DNA of 64,000 nucleotides from assembly GCA_963729445.1 (NCBI GenBank), contig CAVSNU010000002.1, positions 1,143,925 to 1,207,924 on the forward strand, in the 5' to 3' direction. The stretch is from an uncultured Chloroflexia bacterium. GTDB taxonomy: Bacteria; Chloroflexota; Chloroflexia; Thermomicrobiales; CFX8. Within the stretch, counting starts at the first letter, position 1. Every line of letters begins with the position of its first letter. Shown one piece after another: positions 26,999 through 36,687 of this stretch. A model generated the notes under the pieces. The model was not told where the DNA came from and searched no databases. It saw only the letters and a list, made by a program, of their open reading frames with translations. The position numbers and the translations under genes were made by a program.

Positions 26999-27631
26999 TC
27001 ATCGTGAACAGCCGCCGTCGCATACCGCGGATACACCGAGGATCGAGGCGGCAAGACGCGTGCGCTCCGGATCGTCAACCGGAGCCAGGTAGAAGCCCCC
27101 CGCACGCATGGGATGGAGCTTGCCGACCAGTTGAAACCCGGCTCTGAGAATCCCACGCCCCGAGGCAACGTTCGAGAAATCGTGGCCGACCCAGAAACGG
27201 ACGACGTCGCGTTCAGCCCCGATGATGGCCTGCAAGAGCTGTGGATAGATGCCGCGCCCGCGCCACTCCGGAAGGGTGACGAAATCCCAGACATAGCGGT
27301 TGCCGGGCGGCACGACAATGTTCAGCCCCAGCTCACCGATCGACGCGGTTGAGGTTGCCGACCAGCCCCAGCCAACAACGTCGTCAGCGACGCGAGCGAG
27401 GTACAGACGATGCCCCTGACTGACCCGTGCCCGGATCTCGTGCGCGGCCAGCGCAATGCCCGCGCTGGCCGCCCGATCGCCCTCCACAGGCTCGATCGAG
27501 AGCCCGGGCAAAATGGGAAGCTCGGGCAGAGGATCGCCTCGCCACCACGTATAGAAGAGCCCAAAGGGATCCGGGTGAGCCGAAGAGGACGACTCGCGGT
27601 CGCCCTCCCGTTGATCTGGAGCATGGTCCAT
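26999..27631 (-). CDS. GNAT family N-acetyltransferase
   Basis: VTLPEWRGRGIYPQLLQAII (acetyl-CoA binding R/Q-x-x-G-x-G/A motif context). Confidence 0.75.
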   Translation of the reverse strand: MDHAPDQREGDRESSSSAHPDPFGLFYTWWRGDPLPELPILPGLSIEPVEGDRAASAGIALAAHEIRARVSQGHRLYLARVADDVVGWGWSATSTASIGELGLNIVVPPGNRYVWDFVTLPEWRGRGIYPQLLQAIIGAERDVVRFWVGHDFSNVASGRGILRAGFQLVGKLHPMRAGGFYLAPVDDPERTRLAASILGVSAVCDGGCSR

Positions 27632-27645
27632 AAAACGAATCGTCG

Positions 27646-28188
27646 CTAGTCTACTGAGGCAGGCTGCAGCTGCTCGATTGCCGCGTTCAGGTGCCTCTCG
27701 TCAATGTTGTAGTCACCCCGCTCAAGACGTAGCTTGTGGGCTTTGGCGAGAATCTCAGCGTGGGTGTGCCCTGGAGGTGGCGCGAATGTATAGGTAGCGA
27801 GCTCAAGGCGCAACCCGTTGGGGTCACGGAAGTAGAGCGAGTCCATAAACCCGCGGTCGACACGCCCGGTGTTGGGATAGCCTGCCGCCTGCAACCCTTG
27901 CTCCGCACGGTCGAACGTCTCGCGCGACACCGCGTAGGCAATGTGGTGCACGCTCCCAATAGCCTCGGGAACCGGGGTGGGGTCCGTCGTCCGGCTCTCG
28001 CGAATGAAGAACGTAATCAGACAACCGTCTCCGGGGTCGAAGTAGATGTGCACATCGTCCGGCACGTCCAGATTGGGTTGCTCGAAGACAAACGGCATCC
28101 CGAGGATACCCTCGTAGAAATCGATCGTGTCTTTCCGGTTGGATCCGATGAGGGTGATGTGATGCATACCAGTCGTTGGGATCTGCAT
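27646..28188 (-). CDS. VOC family (glyoxalase/bleomycin resistance/ring-cleavage dioxygenase-like) protein
   Basis: MHHITLIGSNRKDTIDFYEGILGMPFVFEQ and a second HHIAYAV half-domain. Confidence 0.75.
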   Translation of the reverse strand: MQIPTTGMHHITLIGSNRKDTIDFYEGILGMPFVFEQPNLDVPDDVHIYFDPGDGCLITFFIRESRTTDPTPVPEAIGSVHHIAYAVSRETFDRAEQGLQAAGYPNTGRVDRGFMDSLYFRDPNGLRLELATYTFAPPPGHTHAEILAKAHKLRLERGDYNIDERHLNAAIEQLQPASVD

Positions 28189-28398
28189 AGGTCCTCCGTT
28201 CGCATGCGCGGGAGATCAGTCAGGGAAGCGCGTCGTTGCTGTGCAACTGAGCGGACCTTCCTTTGTATAAGACGATACTACTATGCTGCCTATTCCCTGC
28301 CCGCGGGCAGCTCATGCAGAACGCGGCAGCACGAGACGCGCCAGGCCGGCTTCAGCTCGCCACAAGGTGTCCTTCAAGAGAGTACACCCGGGTATCTG

Positions 28399-30078
28399 TC
28401 AGGGTGTTACTCCCATCTCATCGCGCTCCGGCGGGAGCGTCGCCTTGAGAACAAAGTAGGCCGTCACGCCGGCCACAACCGACCCGATCAGAATTCCGAT
28501 CCGCGCAGAGTCAGCGACCGGGCTGTCCCCGAAGGCGAGCTCCAGGATGAAGAGGGACATCGTGAAGCCGATGCCACCCAGACATGCCACACTGAAAACA
28601 TGCTTCCAGGCTATGGCGGCGGGCAGCAAGGCGATGCCGCTACGCACCGCCAGCGATGCGAACAGCGTGATTCCCAGCGGTTTGCCGATCACCAGACCAG
28701 CCACCACGCCCCAGGTCACCGAGCTGGTGAGCGCGTCACCGATCCCGCTCGTGAGCGGGATGCCGGCGTTGGCGAACGCGAAGATCGGTAGCACCCCATA
28801 AGCGACCCAGAGGTTGAGCTGGTGCTGAAAATGCGTCATCGGGGTTTCCACCTCTTCGGTGAGTCGCTCCAGCGCCTGCGTCGCCTGCTGCTGGGGTTCG
28901 TTGCTGAGAATCGTATCCGTGAAATAACAGGCGCGTTCAAAATCGTCCATGAGCTCCCGGCCGCGCACGAGAAACTCGCTGGGGTTGATCCAGGACCGGG
29001 CAGGCACCGTCATTGCTACCAACACTCCCGCGAGCGTCCCGTGCACCCCGGATTCGAAGACCGCAAGCCAGAGGGCCAGTCCCAGGATGGCATATACCGG
29101 CCAGCGGTGGAAGCCCGCGCGATTCGCGACGACGAGGGCCGCCAGCAGGGCGACTCCAACGCCGAGAGCGGGCCAGGAGATCGTATCGGTATAGAACACC
29201 GCGATCACCAGTACCGCCAGGATGTCGTCAACGATTGCGAACGCGGTGAGGAAGACGAGGAGCAGGGGCCGGACTCTGCTACCCAACAGGCTCATGATCC
29301 CGAGCGAGAACGCGGTGTCCGTGCCGATCGGGATTCCCCAGCCATGCACTTCCTCCCCGCCCAGGTTGAACGTCGTGTAGATCAACGCCGGCACGAGAGC
29401 GCCCCCTAGCGCGGCGGCGATGGGAAGCGCCGCCTGGCGCGGGTAACGCAGCTCACCTACAAGCACCTCGCGTTTGATTTCAAGACCAACGATAAAGAAG
29501 AACAGCGCCATCAGCCCGTCGTTGACCCAGTGCCGGAGCGACTCGGTAATGCCGAAGCTTCCAACCCCAACGGTCAGCTCAGTCTCCCAGAAGCGCTCGT
29601 AGGCGCCCGAGAGCGGGGAGTTCGCCAGCACGATCGCCAGAATGGTGCCCGCCAGCAGGAGACCGATGCCCGAGACGCTGGCCTGCACGAAACCTTGCAG
29701 GGGCGTCAGGGCCAGATAGAGGGGCTGCTCGCGCGCGGTGCCGGTAATGTTTGCGGCACGAGGCGGCTCTTCGGAGAGTTCTTCTCCTCGCGCAGACCAG
29801 ATTTGCCGCTCCTCCGACTCCCGCCAGAGCCTGAGATTGCTCTCGCGGTCGAAGCGCAACACGACCCTGTATTGTCTACCCCCTCGCGCTGGACGAATGA
29901 CCCGGGAGTTGACGTAACCAGGGAAGCTGGACGCTGCGTCGATAATGCCCCGGAGGACCTCCTCGAACTCCTGCTCTCGACCAGGGCGGACGAAGAGGGT
30001 AATGCCGATCGTTACCGCAGGATCGTCCCGTTCTTCGGCATCCGTCGACGGGTTCATCTGCCGTACCTCTCCGACCAT
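28399..30078 (-). CDS. nhaA: Na+/H+ antiporter NhaA with an N-terminal ~110-aa ABM/Dabb-like domain
   Basis: NhaA core LRHWVNDGLMALFFFIVGLEIKREVLVGEL...AFAIVDDILAVLVIAVFYT. The N-terminus ITLFVRPGREQEFEEVLRGIIDAASSFPGYVNSRVIRP...YRVVLRFDRESNLRLWRESEER is ABM-like. Confidence 0.8.
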   Translation of the reverse strand: MVGEVRQMNPSTDAEERDDPAVTIGITLFVRPGREQEFEEVLRGIIDAASSFPGYVNSRVIRPARGGRQYRVVLRFDRESNLRLWRESEERQIWSARGEELSEEPPRAANITGTAREQPLYLALTPLQGFVQASVSGIGLLLAGTILAIVLANSPLSGAYERFWETELTVGVGSFGITESLRHWVNDGLMALFFFIVGLEIKREVLVGELRYPRQAALPIAAALGGALVPALIYTTFNLGGEEVHGWGIPIGTDTAFSLGIMSLLGSRVRPLLLVFLTAFAIVDDILAVLVIAVFYTDTISWPALGVGVALLAALVVANRAGFHRWPVYAILGLALWLAVFESGVHGTLAGVLVAMTVPARSWINPSEFLVRGRELMDDFERACYFTDTILSNEPQQQATQALERLTEEVETPMTHFQHQLNLWVAYGVLPIFAFANAGIPLTSGIGDALTSSVTWGVVAGLVIGKPLGITLFASLAVRSGIALLPAAIAWKHVFSVACLGGIGFTMSLFILELAFGDSPVADSARIGILIGSVVAGVTAYFVLKATLPPERDEMGVTP

Positions 30079-30156
30079 CGCGACTAGCGAACCGTCTTCC
30101 CGGCTTCGGTAGCGTTTCCTGAGGGGCGAGCGCTTGGTACTCTGGCCTGTTTCTCG

Positions 30157-30432
30157 CTAGCGCCCCGGCCGCATCGAGACCTCATCCAAGTAGCACCACA
30201 TCCAGTCCTCCCCTCGTTCCAACGACTGGATAATGGGATGGCTGGTATCGTGGAAATGCCTGGTGGCGTGTTTGTTTTTCGAAGCGTCGCAGCAGCCGAC
30301 ATGGCCGCAGATCAGGCAGAGTCGCAGGTGGACCCAGGTGTCGCCAATCTTCAAGCAATCTTCACAGCCCTGCGCGCTGGGGGTGACATCGCGAATCTGA
30401 TCCAGATGGGTGCACTGCTGTCGCTGAGCCAT
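30157..30432 (-). CDS. UBP-type zinc-finger domain protein (about 91 aa)
   Basis: CTHLDQI...CEDCLKIGDTWVHLRLCLICGHVGCCDASKNKHATRHFHDTSHP. ATG 30432 is preceded by GGAAAGGA; the ORF extends to 30573. Confidence 0.7.
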   Translation of the reverse strand: MAQRQQCTHLDQIRDVTPSAQGCEDCLKIGDTWVHLRLCLICGHVGCCDASKNKHATRHFHDTSHPIIQSLERGEDWMWCYLDEVSMRPGR

Positions 30433-30728
30433 GCTTCGTGTCCTTTCCGTAGGCCCATGAACCTGCTGGCGGATAGATTGCGGGGCGTGAACGGCTCCAT
30501 CCGGCACAATTTGCCGCGATGGCAGCGAAGACATCATCAACATCGAACATGCGCTTGAGCTCAGGCTCGGCACGATCTCGATGAACGCTCAGTAGTTACG
30601 AAGTGCAACCTTAAGCTGCAAGAACTGGCTCGACGATCGTCTCAGGCCAAACCTCGGACGCGACGAAGGACATACTCCGGCATCTCCCGTTCATGGGAGC
30701 TCTTTGAGCTTACCGGGTGGTCGAAGCA

Positions 30729-30755
30729 GAGATCCTTCGCTGCGTTCAGGATGAC
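30729..30755. repeat. Solo copy of the GAGATCCTTCGCTGCG(C/T)TCAGGATGAC repeat module
   Basis: gagatccttcgctgcgttcaggatgac was read directly. The same modules occur in the 48-kb and 59-kb clusters. Confidence 0.6.
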
Positions 30756-30985
30756 TGTTAGAGCGCACGCGCCGCCCAATGATTCCTGAACGTGATGCGT
30801 ATGGGGCGTGCTCCGGCATCCATGTCGTAGTCCCTACACGCAGGTAGACGGGTTGATCCTGCTCAACAACCCCCGCGGCTCCACGCCGTAACGTTCGACG
30901 GTGGCAAGGTACGGCATGAATCCGAGTCGCGCCGGTTTACGATCGTATGCGTTGCCCAGACGTTCGCCAGCCTGTTTCAACCGCC

Positions 30986-32503
30986 CTATTCGACATTATC
31001 ATCGGTGGCCAGTTTCCAGCCGCGCTTGCGCTGGACGTAGTTCTGGATCTGGGGACTAAAGAGTGAAAGGAGCGCCAGGACCCAGAGCACGTTGATCAGC
31101 GCGCCGGTGAAGAAAATAGACGCATCTCCATTACTCAGGGACATTGCGCGCCGGAAGTTCAGCTCCATGCCCGGGCCGAGCACCATGGCCAGGATCACCG
31201 GCGCGGCCGGGATCTCGTAGCGGCGCATGAAGTAGCCCAGCACGCCGAACCCGAGCAGCATCAGCACATCGATCGTCGAACGGTTGACGCCGTAGACACC
31301 GATGATTGAGAAGACCAGCACCAGAGGGAAGAGAATCGTCGGTCGGATGTCGATGAGCCTGGCGAAGAGCCCGACCAGGGGCAGGTTCAGCACCAGCAAC
31401 ATCACGTTTCCGACGTACATGCTGGCGATCAGCGCCCAGGCAAAATCAGCATGCTGCTCGAAGAGCAACGGGCCCGGCTGGAGACCGAAGGTCAGGAACG
31501 CCGCCATCAGGACGGCCGTCGTCCCGGAACCTGGAATGCCAAGCGTCATCATCGGGATCATGGCGCCACCGACCGAGGCGTTGTTGGCGGCCTCGGGGCC
31601 GGCGACCCCTTCGATGGCGCCCTTGCCAAACTCCTCAGGGTGCTTCGAAATCCGTTTCTCCATGCCGTACGAGAGGAAGGAAGCGACGGTCGCCCCGGCA
31701 CCGGGCAGGATCCCGACAAGAAATCCGAGGAACGAGCCACGGAACCAGGGACCCCGGCTACGCCGCATGTCCTCTCGGCTGAGCCACGCACGGCCTTTGA
31801 ACTCGCCGCGTTGGATCTGGTCCCGCTTCATCGTCGCGACCGTCCAGAACACTTCGCCGACCGCGAACAACCCGATGGCGACGATCAGGAAATCGATGCC
31901 GTCATAGAGCTCGATGCGGTCGAAGGTGAAGCGCGGCCAGCCGCCGGAGTCGAGACCAATCGTCGCGAGCCCCAGACCGAAGAGCATTGCCATCAACGAC
32001 TTCGGCACCGAGCTGCTTGTCAGGCTGCTTACCGTCGTCAGCCCGAGAACCATAATGACGAAGTATTGCGCCGGCCCGAAGCGGAGCGCGAAGGTCGCGA
32101 GCAACGGAGCAAACAGCATGAGCCCGGCGGTGCTGATGGTGCCGGCGATGAACGAGCCAATGGCAGCCGTTGCCAGGGCGGGCGCGGCTCTCCCCTGGCG
32201 TGTCATCTGATAGCCATCCAGCGTTGTGACGACCGCAGACGACTCGCCCGGAGTGTTCACGAGGATGGAGGCCGTCGAGCCACCGTACATCGCGCCGTAG
32301 TAGACGCCACCCATCATAATAATCCCCGGCGTCGGATCCATGCCGAACGTGATCGGGATGAGCAGAGCCACGGTCGCGACGGAGCCGATGCCCGGCAGCA
32401 CGCCGATCAACGTCCCGATCACACAACCGAGCAAAGCGAAAAAGAGGTTCTCCGGCGTCAGCGCAGTCCCGAAGCCGGATGCGATATTCGAAAAGACGTC
32501 CAT
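30986..32503 (-). CDS. tctA: Tripartite tricarboxylate transporter large permease TctA
   Basis: 505-aa polytopic ORF. N-terminus MDVFSNIASGFGTALTPENLFFALLGCVIGTLIGVLPGIG is typical of TctA. It is adjacent to tctB and tctC. Confidence 0.85.
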   Translation of the reverse strand: MDVFSNIASGFGTALTPENLFFALLGCVIGTLIGVLPGIGSVATVALLIPITFGMDPTPGIIMMGGVYYGAMYGGSTASILVNTPGESSAVVTTLDGYQMTRQGRAAPALATAAIGSFIAGTISTAGLMLFAPLLATFALRFGPAQYFVIMVLGLTTVSSLTSSSVPKSLMAMLFGLGLATIGLDSGGWPRFTFDRIELYDGIDFLIVAIGLFAVGEVFWTVATMKRDQIQRGEFKGRAWLSREDMRRSRGPWFRGSFLGFLVGILPGAGATVASFLSYGMEKRISKHPEEFGKGAIEGVAGPEAANNASVGGAMIPMMTLGIPGSGTTAVLMAAFLTFGLQPGPLLFEQHADFAWALIASMYVGNVMLLVLNLPLVGLFARLIDIRPTILFPLVLVFSIIGVYGVNRSTIDVLMLLGFGVLGYFMRRYEIPAAPVILAMVLGPGMELNFRRAMSLSNGDASIFFTGALINVLWVLALLSLFSPQIQNYVQRKRGWKLATDDNVE

Positions 32504-32545
32504 CCAAACCCCTTTTGTATGCCTGTTGCGGGCGGCGGGCGCGAT

Positions 32546-33001
32546 CTAGATGATGAATCCCGAAGGAAGCGTGATCCCCAGGAGCTCGTCGAACAGGAAA
32601 AAGACGCCAAAACTCGTGGCCACGGCAACGACAATCGTGCGCAGCCAGTGCTTGTGGCCTGTTTCGAGGGCGGCGATCGTAAAGACGAGGAAGACGACGG
32701 TCGTGGTGAAGTACCCGAGCCTGTCGAGCAGCAGACCGTAGCCAAGCAAGCCAGCAAACACGGCGCCCATTGACCAGTAATCAGGGTCGCGCGGCTCGAG
32801 CTCTCGGTCGGGCTCACGGGATCGGGTCGCCTCGACGAACAGCCAGACGGCACACACCATCAGACCAAGGGCAATGCCGATGGGGAACACCTCCGGACCG
32901 ACCGATTGGCGCATGATCGGCGGCTTGAGATTCAGGGCCATCACGCAGTAGACCGCACCGAGGACGAACACACTGACGGCGATTATGTGATCACGCTTCA
33001 T
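32546..33001 (-). CDS. tctB: Tripartite tricarboxylate transporter small permease TctB
   Basis: 151-aa 4-TM protein lying between tctC and tctA. Confidence 0.7.
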   Translation of the reverse strand: MKRDHIIAVSVFVLGAVYCVMALNLKPPIMRQSVGPEVFPIGIALGLMVCAVWLFVEATRSREPDRELEPRDPDYWSMGAVFAGLLGYGLLLDRLGYFTTTVVFLVFTIAALETGHKHWLRTIVVAVATSFGVFFLFDELLGITLPSGFII

Positions 33002-33127
33002 TCCCGCGACTTCCTCGTCATCTCAACGATTACAGGAGGCGGCACGCAGTGAAGGAGGGACGATGGACGAAGAAACCAGCAGGAGACAACGATTCTGCTG
33101 CTGGTTTCTTGCTGTGCACCACGGGGG

Positions 33128-34132
33128 CTACAGCGCCCCTGCTTCTTCGAGTATGGTGCGGATCTCCTCCTGCCGCTCACCCAGGAACTCTTCGAAACCG
33201 TCGATCATGAAGGATTCACCCCAGATGAAGCGATCGAGCATCTCCTGCCAGGTCTCGGTCTCAACCATCTCGGCAAAGGTGTCTTGCCACCACTGCACGG
33301 TCTCCTCGGGCATGTCCGGCGGAGCGACGAAGCCACGCCAGTTCTCCCAGACGGCATCGACGCCCTGTTCCTTGACCGTTGGAATGTCCGGCAAGCGATC
33401 GAGACGCTCGGGCGAGGTGATCGCCAGCGCGCGCATCTCACCGGCCTCGATCTGCGCCAGGAACTCACCGATGCCGGAGATGCCGACGTCGGCATGCCCG
33501 CCGAGCACCGCCGTGGCGATTTCCGCGCCGCCACTAAAACCTGCGTAGGTCAGGTTGTTGAAATCGATCTCGGCTTTGCGGAAGACTGCCGCAGCAGCCA
33601 CCCAGTCATCCGATCCGGGATCGGAACCGGCGATGCGCACCGACTTGGGGTCCGCTTGCAAGCGGCTGATGAAGTCTTCAAAATCGACGATGTCCGACTG
33701 CGCATCCACCGCGAAGATGTAATAGTCAGCGATCAGGCGGGCGACGGGGATCGTGTCACCGAACCCAAGCTGGGAGACGCCGGTGAGCTCGTTCGAGAGA
33801 ATCGGTGTCGAGGTCACCTGGAGAATGTAGGGGTTGTCCGCTTCCTGGTTCACCAACCGGTTGAGCGCCTCGGTGCCGCTCCCGCCGGGGATGTTCTCAA
33901 CTACCGGTGCGGCCTCCAAAAATTCTTCCTGGGCCAGGGTCTCGGCAACCGCGCGAGCAGTCTGATCCCATCCACTACCGGGATTCGAACCCGCAAAGAA
34001 TGTGATCGCCTCACCGGAGGGATAGTTTTCGGCGCTGCCACCGTCACCCTCATCATCGCCGCAGGCGGCAAGCAGCCCTGATACGAGCAGCAGGCAGAGG
34101 AGCAGGGATATCGACTTCCGCATCTTGAACAT
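33128..34132 (-). CDS. tctC: Tripartite tricarboxylate transporter substrate-binding protein TctC (Bug family), lipoprotein
   Basis: Lipobox LLVSGLLAACG. Size and position match the Bug family. It contains GGSGTEALN and AGFSGGAEIATAVLGGHADV segments. Confidence 0.8.
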   Translation of the reverse strand: MFKMRKSISLLLCLLLVSGLLAACGDDEGDGGSAENYPSGEAITFFAGSNPGSGWDQTARAVAETLAQEEFLEAAPVVENIPGGSGTEALNRLVNQEADNPYILQVTSTPILSNELTGVSQLGFGDTIPVARLIADYYIFAVDAQSDIVDFEDFISRLQADPKSVRIAGSDPGSDDWVAAAAVFRKAEIDFNNLTYAGFSGGAEIATAVLGGHADVGISGIGEFLAQIEAGEMRALAITSPERLDRLPDIPTVKEQGVDAVWENWRGFVAPPDMPEETVQWWQDTFAEMVETETWQEMLDRFIWGESFMIDGFEEFLGERQEEIRTILEEAGAL

Positions 34133-34146
34133 ATCGACTCTCTCCT

Positions 34147-35115
34147 TTACGCGAGTTTCCGCTGCGCGGTGACCTGTTCTTGAATCAGGTCACTACTCTT
34201 ACCGGCCCGCAAGATGTTGCTGTCGAGTTCATGATTGACGATTTCTTTGAGCCGGCGGGCAACGACAAGCAGCGCGTCGAGATCCACACCGGTCTCGATC
34301 CCCATCTCGTGCAGCATGTGCACCATGTCCTCAGTTGCGATGTTGCCGGTTGCTCCCGGCGCGTACGGGCAACCTCCCAGCCCCCCGACCGTGCCGTCGA
34401 ACTCGGTTACTCCAGCCTGAAGCCCGGCGATGATGTTCGGCATCGCCATCCGGCGGGTATCGTGGAGGTGCAGGCTGAACTCGACATCAGGAAACCGATC
34501 TCTCAGCCTGCTCAGCCGGTCATAGGTCAGTACCGGGTTGGCCATCCCAACGGTGTCCGCGATTGAAATCTTGCGGACGCCCCAGCTATAAAATCGCTCG
34601 ATTGCCCAGACGACGCGCTCAACCGGAGGGAACCCCTCGAATGGACAGCCCAGGGAGCAGGCAGTACCTCCGGTAACGGGAATACCCTTTGACGCAGCCA
34701 GTTTTGCGACGGGCTCCAGGTTGTCCAGGGCTTCTGCCGTGGTGCGGTTGGCATTGCTCAGGCTGTGTGAGTCGGTCACCGAGAGCAGCATGTTCAGCTC
34801 GTCAGCGCCGGCTTCGATCGCGCGCTCGGCGCCCTTCAAATTCGGTACCAGGGCGCGGTACTTCACGCCGGGAACCCGGTCGATCCCTTGCATCACCTCC
34901 GAGGCATCCTTGAGCTGCGGCACCGCCGCAGGGTGAACGAAGGCGGTCACCTGGATCTCCGGGATACCGGTGCGTGACAACATGTTGACGATCTCGATCT
35001 TCTCTTCGGTCGGGATGAAATAGCCAAATTCCATCTGGAACCCGTCACGAGGCGTCATGTCAACAATCTTGACGGACTTGGGTAAATCTGTGAGCATGCT
35101 GAATCTCCGATTCAA
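34147..35115 (-). CDS. HMG-CoA lyase family (HMGL-like, pyruvate carboxyltransferase fold) acyl-CoA lyase
   Basis: IVDMTPRDGFQ, ISIADTVGMANP and LHLHDTRRMAMPNIIAGLQAGV motifs. Confidence 0.85.
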   Translation of the reverse strand: MNRRFSMLTDLPKSVKIVDMTPRDGFQMEFGYFIPTEEKIEIVNMLSRTGIPEIQVTAFVHPAAVPQLKDASEVMQGIDRVPGVKYRALVPNLKGAERAIEAGADELNMLLSVTDSHSLSNANRTTAEALDNLEPVAKLAASKGIPVTGGTACSLGCPFEGFPPVERVVWAIERFYSWGVRKISIADTVGMANPVLTYDRLSRLRDRFPDVEFSLHLHDTRRMAMPNIIAGLQAGVTEFDGTVGGLGGCPYAPGATGNIATEDMVHMLHEMGIETGVDLDALLVVARRLKEIVNHELDSNILRAGKSSDLIQEQVTAQRKLA

Positions 35116-35152
35116 TGCACATGATTTCTGCCGGGGAGGTTTGGATTCCCTT

Positions 35153-36367
35153 TTATATGGTTCCCTCCTTTTGCAAACGGCTCACCTCTTCTGGACTGAG
35201 ACCCAGGAGACCGGACAAGACCTCTTCGTTGTGCTCCCCGAGCACCGGGCCAGCAAACTGGACCTCGCCGGGCGTGCGGGAGAACCTCGGCACGATGCCC
35301 GGCATCTTCAGATGTCCGAGCGTGGGGTGCTGGACTTCGATGATGTTCTGGCGAGACTGGTAGTGGGGATCCTCAAAGATATCTTGAATTGAATAGACGA
35401 GACTCACCGGGCAACCGGCGGCGTCCAGACTCGCCTGGGCGTCGCAACGGGATCGGCTGCCGAACCACTCCGTCAGAATCTCCATGAGCACGTCGTTGTT
35501 TTTAAGCCGGTCGGCGTTGGTCTTGAAGCGGGGGTCGTCAAGCAGCTCGGGCCGGCCGATCGCCGCCGGCAACCGCTGCCAGGTGCGCTCGGTGCTGGTG
35601 ACTAACACGAGCCATTTACCATCCTGTGTCTGAAAGGTACCAGCAGGGCTGGCGCCGCCAGACAATCCGGGAGTGCGCTCGCGCACGACACCGAGCTTGT
35701 CGTACTCGGCGACCAGAAACTCCAGCATGCGGAAGAGCGGCTCATACAGCGAGACATCCACCTCCTGGCCCTCTTCATCACGGTGCACGTCCCGGTGGTA
35801 GAGCGCCATGATGCCCGCGAGCGCCGCCATCATGCCGGCGACATAATCAGCCAGCGAGAAGGGTGGGCTCATCGGCGGTAACTCGGGATCGCCCATCAGA
35901 TAGGTGACGCCGCTGAACGCCGTGGCCGGGGTCCCAAATCCGGCCATCTCCCGGTTGGGGCCGGTCTGGCCGTAGCCGGAAATGTGGACCAGGATAATGC
36001 CGGGGTTCGCCGCCTTCAACGTCTCGTAATCGAGCCCCCAGCGGTCAAGCGTGCCCGGCCGAAAGTTCTCCATGACAATGTCGGACTTGGCGACGAGCTT
36101 GAGGAAGACGTCACGCCCGGCTTCTGACTTGAGGTCGAGGGTAATGCAGCGCTTGTTGCGGCTGAGGCTCGCCCAGCGGACCGAGACACCGTCTAGCTGT
36201 GGCATCAGGTTCCGGCTGCTATCGCCGCTGCCGGGCAGCTCGACTTTGATAACGTCCGCGCCAAAATCGGCCAGGAGGGACGCGCCGTAGGGCACGGCGA
36301 TCATCGTGCCAATGTCGAGAATGCGCACCCCCTGAAGTGGCCCAAAGCCCGATCCTGCTTCTGTCAT
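35153..36367 (-). CDS. Family III CoA-transferase (CaiB/BaiF family)
   Basis: GVRILDIGTMIAVPYGASLLADFGADVIKVE at the N-terminus; 404 aa. Confidence 0.85.
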   Translation of the reverse strand: MTEAGSGFGPLQGVRILDIGTMIAVPYGASLLADFGADVIKVELPGSGDSSRNLMPQLDGVSVRWASLSRNKRCITLDLKSEAGRDVFLKLVAKSDIVMENFRPGTLDRWGLDYETLKAANPGIILVHISGYGQTGPNREMAGFGTPATAFSGVTYLMGDPELPPMSPPFSLADYVAGMMAALAGIMALYHRDVHRDEEGQEVDVSLYEPLFRMLEFLVAEYDKLGVVRERTPGLSGGASPAGTFQTQDGKWLVLVTSTERTWQRLPAAIGRPELLDDPRFKTNADRLKNNDVLMEILTEWFGSRSRCDAQASLDAAGCPVSLVYSIQDIFEDPHYQSRQNIIEVQHPTLGHLKMPGIVPRFSRTPGEVQFAGPVLGEHNEEVLSGLLGLSPEEVSRLQKEGTI

Positions 36368-36687
36368 TCTCCCTCATCCTGCCTTTTCTCACAGCGAGAT
36401 CCCGTGAGCCTGCCTGCATCTATCCGAGCGTTACCAGACGTTGAGGAAACGGTCGATCATGCTCAGCCACTCGGGCAAAACGTACCGGTTGCGCAGCGTG
36501 CTGGTGGCTAAGCTGCTCGGAAAGTTGGTCTGGTCCTCGTAAGTGAATACGCTAGCATACCGTCCAGAGATGCGCCAGATATTTCCATGATAATTACTCA
36601 CCCTATAGCAAGAGACAGCGCGGAGGCGATGCTAGTAGGATTCAGCCAACATGGACGGCTATCTGCTGACGGAATAAGGGAGAACAC

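Noticed and set aside
33981-33991. A tRNA T-arm-like string GGATTCGAACC (minus strand GGTTCGAATCC).
   Set aside because: It lies inside the well-supported TctC coding sequence, where it encodes ..GSNPGS... No acceptor or anticodon stems could be built around it.
36431-36601. An unlisted 56-codon minus-strand ORF (VSNYHGNIWRISGRYASVFTYEDQTNFPSSLATSTLRNRYVLPEWLSMIDRFLNVW), in the spacer between the CoA-transferase and aminotransferase genes.
   Set aside because: The composition looks reasonably protein-like, but there is only a GTG start with no convincing RBS and no motif I recognise. It may be a gene remnant and is not supportable as a feature.
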